From the NCBI GenBank assembly GCA_036517155.1, contig DATDXY010000019.1:9913-73912 (forward strand): a stretch of DNA of 64,000 bases. Reading direction: 5' to 3'. The number at the start of each line of letters is the position of its first letter. The first letter of the stretch is position 1. The translations under genes and the position numbers were made by a program. Shown here in pieces: positions 58,612 through 64,000 of this stretch. The stretch is from Minisyncoccota bacterium. GTDB lineage: Bacteria; Patescibacteriota; Minisyncoccia; UBA6257; 02-FULL-45-10c. The notes below the pieces were generated by a model that worked only from the letters and a program-made list of their open reading frames with translations, was not told the origin of the DNA and did no database searches.

Positions 58612-59619
58612 ATGGAAATCAAAAAGGTGCTTCTGCCTAAAAAGGAAGACGAAACATTCGATCTTGCTCTCCGCCCGACCAGCTGGTCGGACTACGTGGG
58701 TCAGGATAAGGTTAAGAAAAACCTTCGGGTAATCCTGGATGCCGCTAAAAAGCGGAACGAACCCTGCGACCATCTATTATTATACGGACAAGCCGGTCTT
58801 GGCAAGACCACCCTGGCCCACCTGGTAGCTAGGGAGATGGGAGCCCGGTTTCGGATTGCCTCGGGACCGACCCTGGAAAAAACCGGCGATCTGGTCGCGA
58901 TTTTGAGTAATTTGGAAAAAGGAGAGATTCTTTTCATCGATGAAGCGCACCGATTGAATCGGCAGATTGAAGAAGTGATGTATCCGGCGCTGGAAAACCG
59001 GAAGTTGCACCTGATTGTCGGCAAGGGGCCGGCCGCTCGGACCCTAGCATTGGATTTGCCGCCGTTTACTTTGATTGCCGCCACGACCCGCGCCAATCTT
59101 TTATCCGGGCCGTTGCGCTCCCGTTTCGGCGCTTCTTTTAAATTGGATTATTACAATCAAGCGGATATTGAATTGATTTTGCGGCGTTCCGCGAATCTGC
59201 TGCAACTGAATATTCAAGACGTGGCGTTGAATCTGCTGGCGCATGCGTCGCGCTTTACGCCGAGAGTAGCGAACCGCCTGCTTCGGCGGCTGCGGGATTA
59301 TTCCGAAGTCAACGACATAAAAGTAATTGACGAAACTACGACCCGCCACACCCTAGAAATGTTGGAAATTGACCAATTAGGACTAGAACCGACTGACCGG
59401 CAGTTATTAAGCACAATTATTGAAAAATTCCATGGCGGTCCAGTGGGAATTCAAACCTTAGCCGCGGCGTTGAATGATGACCGTGGGATTATTGAGGATG
59501 TTTACGAACCATATTTAATGAGTATTGGTCTTTTAAACCGAACACCGGCCGGCCGCCTGGTCACGCCGGCGGCATATAAGCATTTAGGCTATTCCAAAAG
59601 TGAAGAGGGTTTTCTTTAG
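58612..59619 (+). CDS. ruvB: Holliday junction branch migration helicase RuvB
   Basis: 335 aa; Walker A GQAGLGKTTLA, RuvB-specific motifs. Confidence 0.95.
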   Translation: MEIKKVLLPKKEDETFDLALRPTSWSDYVGQDKVKKNLRVILDAAKKRNEPCDHLLLYGQAGLGKTTLAHLVAREMGARFRIASGPTLEKTGDLVAILSNLEKGEILFIDEAHRLNRQIEEVMYPALENRKLHLIVGKGPAARTLALDLPPFTLIAATTRANLLSGPLRSRFGASFKLDYYNQADIELILRRSANLLQLNIQDVALNLLAHASRFTPRVANRLLRRLRDYSEVNDIKVIDETTTRHTLEMLEIDQLGLEPTDRQLLSTIIEKFHGGPVGIQTLAAALNDDRGIIEDVYEPYLMSIGLLNRTPAGRLVTPAAYKHLGYSKSEEGFL

Positions 59620-60811
59620 AGGTTGGCGATGGGGCATTGCCGCTGTTTTTGCGGCGTTATTAATTTTTCTGAATAAAGAAATTCCGGCAGTAGAAAAAAG
59701 CCAGGATTTTTTAGCGGCGCTGTTTTTCCCGTCCAGTATTTCCTTGGAGGAATTGCGGTCGGATTACCGCGATAATAATTTGCACGTATTAATTATTCCT
59801 GGGCACGATAATGAATCCTGGGGAACGGAATATAAAAATATCTATGAGGCGGATCTGACGCTTGCGGTCGCTAAATATTTAACCACTCTGTTGCGCGCCG
59901 ACCCGGCGTTTCGGGTTACCACTACCCGGGAAAACGGAACGTACACGGCAACTTTTAAAGATTATTTTGAAAATCAGGAAGCCGCTATCAAGCAATTTAA
60001 AAAAGAAAAAGCGGTTTTAATGCAGGCGGCCACCCAAGTCGGTTTTGAGGAACGAACCGCGGTAATCCATAACAATGTTAATCGGGACGTGGCATTCAAG
60101 TTGTACGGCATCAATAAATGGGCGAACGATCACGATGTGGATTTGGCGCTGCATTTGCACTTTAACGATTATAGCGGCCGGCGGCAGAATCAAGTAGGCC
60201 GGTACAGCGGTTTTGTGATTTACGTTCCGGAGCGGCAGCTGCCCAACGCCAAAACCAGCCGAGCGATTGCCCAGCCGATTTTTAATCAATTAAATAGAAT
60301 TTTAACCGTCAGCGATTTGCCGCAAGAATCCGCCGGAATTGTTGAGGACCAAGAATTGATCGCGCTGGGCGTGAATACTTCCCTGGATGCCGCCTCTTTG
60401 CTTATAGAATACGGTTATGTCTATGAATTGCCTTTTCGGGATGAAGTAATCCGGGACGTGTTTTTTCAAGAATTGGCGTATCAAACTTACCTTGGCCTGA
60501 AAAAAGCGCTGGATCCGAATTTTCACGTAGCGTCGGAACAAGAAAGTTTATTGTTGCCGCATCAATGGAATAAAAATTTGGGCGTGGGAGCGAGAGGAAG
60601 CAAAGACGTATTGGCTTTGCAAATAGCCTTAATTCGGGAGGGAGTTTATCCGCCGGCGGGGAAAGATTGCCCGGTGTCCAGCAATTTTTTTGAGTGCACC
60701 GAAACCGCGGTCAAAGCATTTCAAAACAAATATAACTTGCGCAGCCACGGCATCGTGGACGCGATGACGCTGAAAAAGCTGAACGAATTATACGGAACTT
60801 TGGCATTATGA
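59600..60811 (+). CDS. N-acetylmuramoyl-L-alanine amidase (Amidase_3-like) with C-terminal peptidoglycan-binding domain
   Basis: 403 aa from a GTG start; N-terminal TM; LIIPGHDNESWG…DLTLAVAKYLTTLL resembles Amidase_3; the C-terminal region (ALQIALIREGVYP…VDAMTLKKL) resembles PG_binding_1. Confidence 0.55.
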   Translation: MKRVFFRGWRWGIAAVFAALLIFLNKEIPAVEKSQDFLAALFFPSSISLEELRSDYRDNNLHVLIIPGHDNESWGTEYKNIYEADLTLAVAKYLTTLLRADPAFRVTTTRENGTYTATFKDYFENQEAAIKQFKKEKAVLMQAATQVGFEERTAVIHNNVNRDVAFKLYGINKWANDHDVDLALHLHFNDYSGRRQNQVGRYSGFVIYVPERQLPNAKTSRAIAQPIFNQLNRILTVSDLPQESAGIVEDQELIALGVNTSLDAASLLIEYGYVYELPFRDEVIRDVFFQELAYQTYLGLKKALDPNFHVASEQESLLLPHQWNKNLGVGARGSKDVLALQIALIREGVYPPAGKDCPVSSNFFECTETAVKAFQNKYNLRSHGIVDAMTLKKLNELYGTLAL

Positions 60812-61245
60812 TTAGCCGCTCTAAATTACAAACTCAACAGATTGCCAAAAAACTGGCGAGGAAATTATTGAACGCGCCGCATCGGACACAAGCTTCCGTT
60901 ATCGCTCTTCAAGGCGATTTGGGCGCTGGGAAAACCACTTTTACCCAAGGATTCGCCAGGGGATTGGAAATCCATCGGCACATTACTAGCCCGACATTTT
61001 TGATTATTCGGCGCTACGGCATTCCGAAAACCGATTGGAATTTTTATCATTTGGATTTATATCAAATTAAAAAAGCGAAAGAAATTTTGGATTTAGGCTT
61101 TAAAGAAATTATCCGCAATCCAAAAAATATCGTCATTATTGAATGGGCGGAGAAAATAAAAAGTTTCTTAATGAAGAAAAAGATTATTCATGTTGATTTT
61201 AAGCATACGAAGAACGAAAACAAACGCGTTATCCGGCTCCATTAA
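60808..61245 (+). CDS. tsaE: tRNA threonylcarbamoyladenosine biosynthesis protein TsaE
   Basis: 145 aa; P-loop LQGDLGAGKTTFTQGFARGL. Confidence 0.8.
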   Translation: MISRSKLQTQQIAKKLARKLLNAPHRTQASVIALQGDLGAGKTTFTQGFARGLEIHRHITSPTFLIIRRYGIPKTDWNFYHLDLYQIKKAKEILDLGFKEIIRNPKNIVIIEWAEKIKSFLMKKKIIHVDFKHTKNENKRVIRLH

Positions 61246-61265
61246 TCTGGTGTATTATAGTAATA

Positions 61266-62126
61266 ATGAAAAAATTATTGCTTATTGACGCTAATTCCCT
61301 TATCCATCGCTCCTTTCATGCTTTGCCGCCGTTGACTACGCCGCAAGGGGAGTCGATTAACGCGATTTACGGACTTTCTGGGATTTTACTGAAGATTTTG
61401 AAAGAACATCAGCCGGATTACGCGGCGGCGGCCTTTGATCGGCCGGAACCGACTTTTCGGGATTCTATGTATAAGGAATACAAGGCCCAGCGGCCGCCAA
61501 CCGCAAATGAATTGGTGTCGCAACTGATTAGGGCTCGAGAAGTGTTCAAACAGTTCGGTATTTTGACTGTGGAAAAAGCGGGATTTGAAGCGGATGATAT
61601 TGTTGGCACGCTGGCGGAACATGCGAAAAACCATCCGGATCTTCAAGTGGTGATTTTTTCCGGTGACAAAGATAATTTACAACTTGTTAACGGCCAAGTA
61701 GTAGTGGAATTTTTGAAAGTCGGCGTCAGCAAGACCATCACCTACGATAAATCTCTTTTTCTGCAAGAATATGGATTTTTGCCGGAGCGGCTGGTGGATT
61801 ACAAAGCGTTAATCGGCGATGCTTCGGATAATATTCCGGGCGTGAAAGGTATCGGGCCAAAAACCGCGATGGATCTTTTAAAAGAATACGGCACGCTGGA
61901 AAAAATTTATGAAGATATAGAATTGATTCCGAAAAAAGCCGTTCAGGAAAAATTAAAAGAGCACCAAGCGGATGCTTTTTTGTCCAAACAACTGGCGACG
62001 ATTAAACGGGACGTGCCGCTGGAACTGACCTTCGGGGATTTGAAATATATTCCTTTTGAAAAAGAAAAAATAAAAGAATTTTTTGGGTCATTAGGCTTCA
62101 AGTCGTTGGTGGAACGGCTGGGTTAA
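61266..62126 (+). CDS. 5'-3' exonuclease (stand-alone Pol I N-terminal domain)
   Basis: 286 aa; LLLIDANSLIHRSFHA and GDKDNLQL are FEN/5'-3' exonuclease motifs. Confidence 0.9.
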   Translation: MKKLLLIDANSLIHRSFHALPPLTTPQGESINAIYGLSGILLKILKEHQPDYAAAAFDRPEPTFRDSMYKEYKAQRPPTANELVSQLIRAREVFKQFGILTVEKAGFEADDIVGTLAEHAKNHPDLQVVIFSGDKDNLQLVNGQVVVEFLKVGVSKTITYDKSLFLQEYGFLPERLVDYKALIGDASDNIPGVKGIGPKTAMDLLKEYGTLEKIYEDIELIPKKAVQEKLKEHQADAFLSKQLATIKRDVPLELTFGDLKYIPFEKEKIKEFFGSLGFKSLVERLG

Positions 62127-62133
62127 AACGCAT

Positions 62134-63615
62134 ATGCTAGCGGATTTTAATTTAAAGGAACAATTTAAGGTTTGGAAACGAGCCGGCAAGCCGATCCCGA
62201 AAGAATATTTTGACCTCGGCATCGCTTATTGGCTGATCAGTCCGGACGAAAAAGAATATACGCCGGAATATATCAGCCGTACGTTTCTTAAGAAGGAATG
62301 GAAAAATTCGGAAAAAGAAATAAAAGCTCTGCAGGTGTTTGCGGAAAAAAAACTGAAAGAATACAAATTGGAAAAACTATTTTGGGATTTGGAAATGCCG
62401 CTAGTGGATATTTTGGCGAATATAGAATCCACGGGCATCCAATTGGATAAAAATTATTTGCGTTCTTACGATAAAGAATTAGAAAAGAAACTTGGTCAGC
62501 TGACCAAGTCAATTTATAAAATTGCCGGTGAAACGTTCAATATCAATTCTCCGAAACAACTAGGCATGGTGCTGTTTCAGAAATTGAAAATTGACGAAAA
62601 AGGCGTTAAAAAGACCCGGGCGGGAAGCATTTCCACCGATATTAATACTTTGGAAACGATTCGGGAGCGGCATCCGATTGTGAAGCACGTATTGGAATAT
62701 CGGGAATTATTCAAATTGCAATCCACTTACGTTCGTCCGCTGCAAGAAGCCGCGGATCCCAAAAACCGCGTCCATACCCACTACATTCAAACCGGCGCCG
62801 CCACTGGCCGATTGAGTTCCCAAGATCCCAATTTACAAAACATTCCGATTGGCACGGAGTGGGCGACCAAATTGCGCAATGCTTTTGTCGCCGAAAAAGG
62901 ATATCAATTGGCGGCGTTTGATTACTCGCAAATTGAATTGCGGGTATTGGCGTCGCTGTCGGAAGACCCGAAAATGGTTGCGGCTTTCAAAAAAGGATTA
63001 GATATTCACAAATTAACCGCGGCCAATGTTAATAATGTTCCCTTGGAAAAAGTGACGCCGGAAATGCGCCGGCTCGCCAAAACTTTGAATTTTGGCGTGG
63101 TATACGGTATGGGAGCGTTTGCTTTTGCGAAAACCAGCGGTTTGAAAGTGGCGGAAGCGCGGAAATTTATTGAAGAATATTTCAATGATTTCCAAAAGAT
63201 TAAAATCTGGCAGGAAATGGTAAAAGCGCAGGCGCGAACTTACGGGTATGTAACGAATGCGAATGGCCGCCGGCGTTTTATGCTGGCCGCGGTTTCTCGG
63301 AATAGCTGGGAAGCGGCGGAAGCCGAGCGCGCGGCGATTAATATGCCGGTGCAGGGTTTGGCGGCGGATATTATTAAAATGGCCATGATTGCTATCGCTA
63401 AAGAATTAAAGCAGTGTGGCTGGTGGCAAAAAGAAGTCCGGATGCTGTTAACTATCCATGACGAATTGTTGTTTGAGATTAAGGAATCTATAATAAAGGA
63501 AGCGGCGCCGATTATCCGGCGATTGATGGAATCGGCATATCGGCTCAAGGTACCGGTCCGGGTGAGCGAAAAAATCGGTTCCGATTGGGGATCGTTAAAA
63601 GAAATCCATGTCTAA
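62134..63615 (+). CDS. polA: DNA polymerase I, polymerase domain (family A), separate ORF
   Basis: 493 aa; family A motifs DYSQIELR, RRLAKTLNFGVVYGMGAFAFAK, HDELLFE. Confidence 0.9.
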   Translation: MLADFNLKEQFKVWKRAGKPIPKEYFDLGIAYWLISPDEKEYTPEYISRTFLKKEWKNSEKEIKALQVFAEKKLKEYKLEKLFWDLEMPLVDILANIESTGIQLDKNYLRSYDKELEKKLGQLTKSIYKIAGETFNINSPKQLGMVLFQKLKIDEKGVKKTRAGSISTDINTLETIRERHPIVKHVLEYRELFKLQSTYVRPLQEAADPKNRVHTHYIQTGAATGRLSSQDPNLQNIPIGTEWATKLRNAFVAEKGYQLAAFDYSQIELRVLASLSEDPKMVAAFKKGLDIHKLTAANVNNVPLEKVTPEMRRLAKTLNFGVVYGMGAFAFAKTSGLKVAEARKFIEEYFNDFQKIKIWQEMVKAQARTYGYVTNANGRRRFMLAAVSRNSWEAAEAERAAINMPVQGLAADIIKMAMIAIAKELKQCGWWQKEVRMLLTIHDELLFEIKESIIKEAAPIIRRLMESAYRLKVPVRVSEKIGSDWGSLKEIHV

Positions 63616-63628
63616 TCTCAAATATTAT

Positions 63629-64000
63629 ATGAAGAGTCCGGAAATGCGGCTGACGTGGCTGCTGTTGTTTTTGGTGTTTACCGGAATCGTGATGTTCGGT
63701 TATTTTTTAAGCGGCGCGTGGATGTTTATCGGCATTGGCTTGCTGGTGACTATCGGCACGCTGGTATTTTTTATTAATCTTCGTTCCGCCCAAACCAATG
63801 TCGCTTTGCGGGTGGAAAAGGGCCGGGCGGAAAATATTATCGCGAGCATTGGCGATGGCATCGTAATCTACGATACGGAGTTTAAAATTGTGGTTTTTAA
63901 TTCCATTGCTGAACAGATTTTGAATGTGCCGGCCGGATCAGCCATCGGACAATCTTTTTCTTTGGAAAGTATCAAAAAGCCGGAATTTCAATTGGTCACT
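63629..64000 (+). CDS. PAS domain sensor protein (probable histidine kinase), partial
   Basis: From the ATG at 63629: two TM helices, then a PAS-like segment (NIIASIGDGIVIYDTEFKIVVFNSIAEQIL); continues beyond the window. Confidence 0.5.
   Translation, partial: MKSPEMRLTWLLLFLVFTGIVMFGYFLSGAWMFIGIGLLVTIGTLVFFINLRSAQTNVALRVEKGRAENIIASIGDGIVIYDTEFKIVVFNSIAEQILNVPAGSAIGQSFSLESIKKPEFQLVT

Overview
This 64 kb window looks like a compact, gene-dense bacterial chromosome segment with about 42-45% GC and the standard genetic code (TAA and TGA are both used as stops). Gene content suggests a small-genome, CPR/Patescibacteria-like organism, but that is inference; the evidence is a membrane H+-pyrophosphatase, a split PolA, a shortened YebC, many secreted or membrane hypotheticals, and T4SS-like and pilin-like genes. 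The window contains the chromosomal origin region (rpmH-rnpA-yidC-jag on the minus strand, dnaA-dnaN on the plus strand, DnaA-box-like 9-mers in both flanking spacers) and many housekeeping genes. These are clpP, tig, hppA, nusA, ftsH, rpsA, gyrA, rpsO-NYN-pnp, comM/yifB, dksA-like, M23/LysM peptidase, uvrD-like helicase, rsmA, PBP1A, ruvC, yebC, pilB/gspE ATPase, ruvB, an amidase, tsaE, a split polA (5'-3' exo plus polymerase ORFs) and three tRNAs (Val-UAC, Ile-UAU, Leu-UAG). Accessory content worth a second look: (1) an 11.3 kb tightly packed plus-strand operon (36980-48332) encoding a minimal type IV secretion-like apparatus, with a VirB6/TrbL-like polytopic protein, a PrgI/VirB3-like protein and a VirB4/TrsE ATPase whose N-terminal domain is separated from the ATPase domain by a single in-frame TAA, plus secreted and membrane hypotheticals and no relaxase or coupling protein. 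(2) Three tandem TrbC/VirB2-like pilin paralogs at 22.1-23.2 kb. (3) A ~500 bp AT-rich intergenic region (11.1-11.6 kb) packed with perfect palindromes of two related motif families. (4) A 167 bp element bounded by 25 bp inverted repeats. (5) A GC-rich structured intergenic segment after pnp. (6) A tRNA-Ile with a UAU anticodon. All protein calls come from reading the translated ORFs for family-specific motifs; no database search was run.
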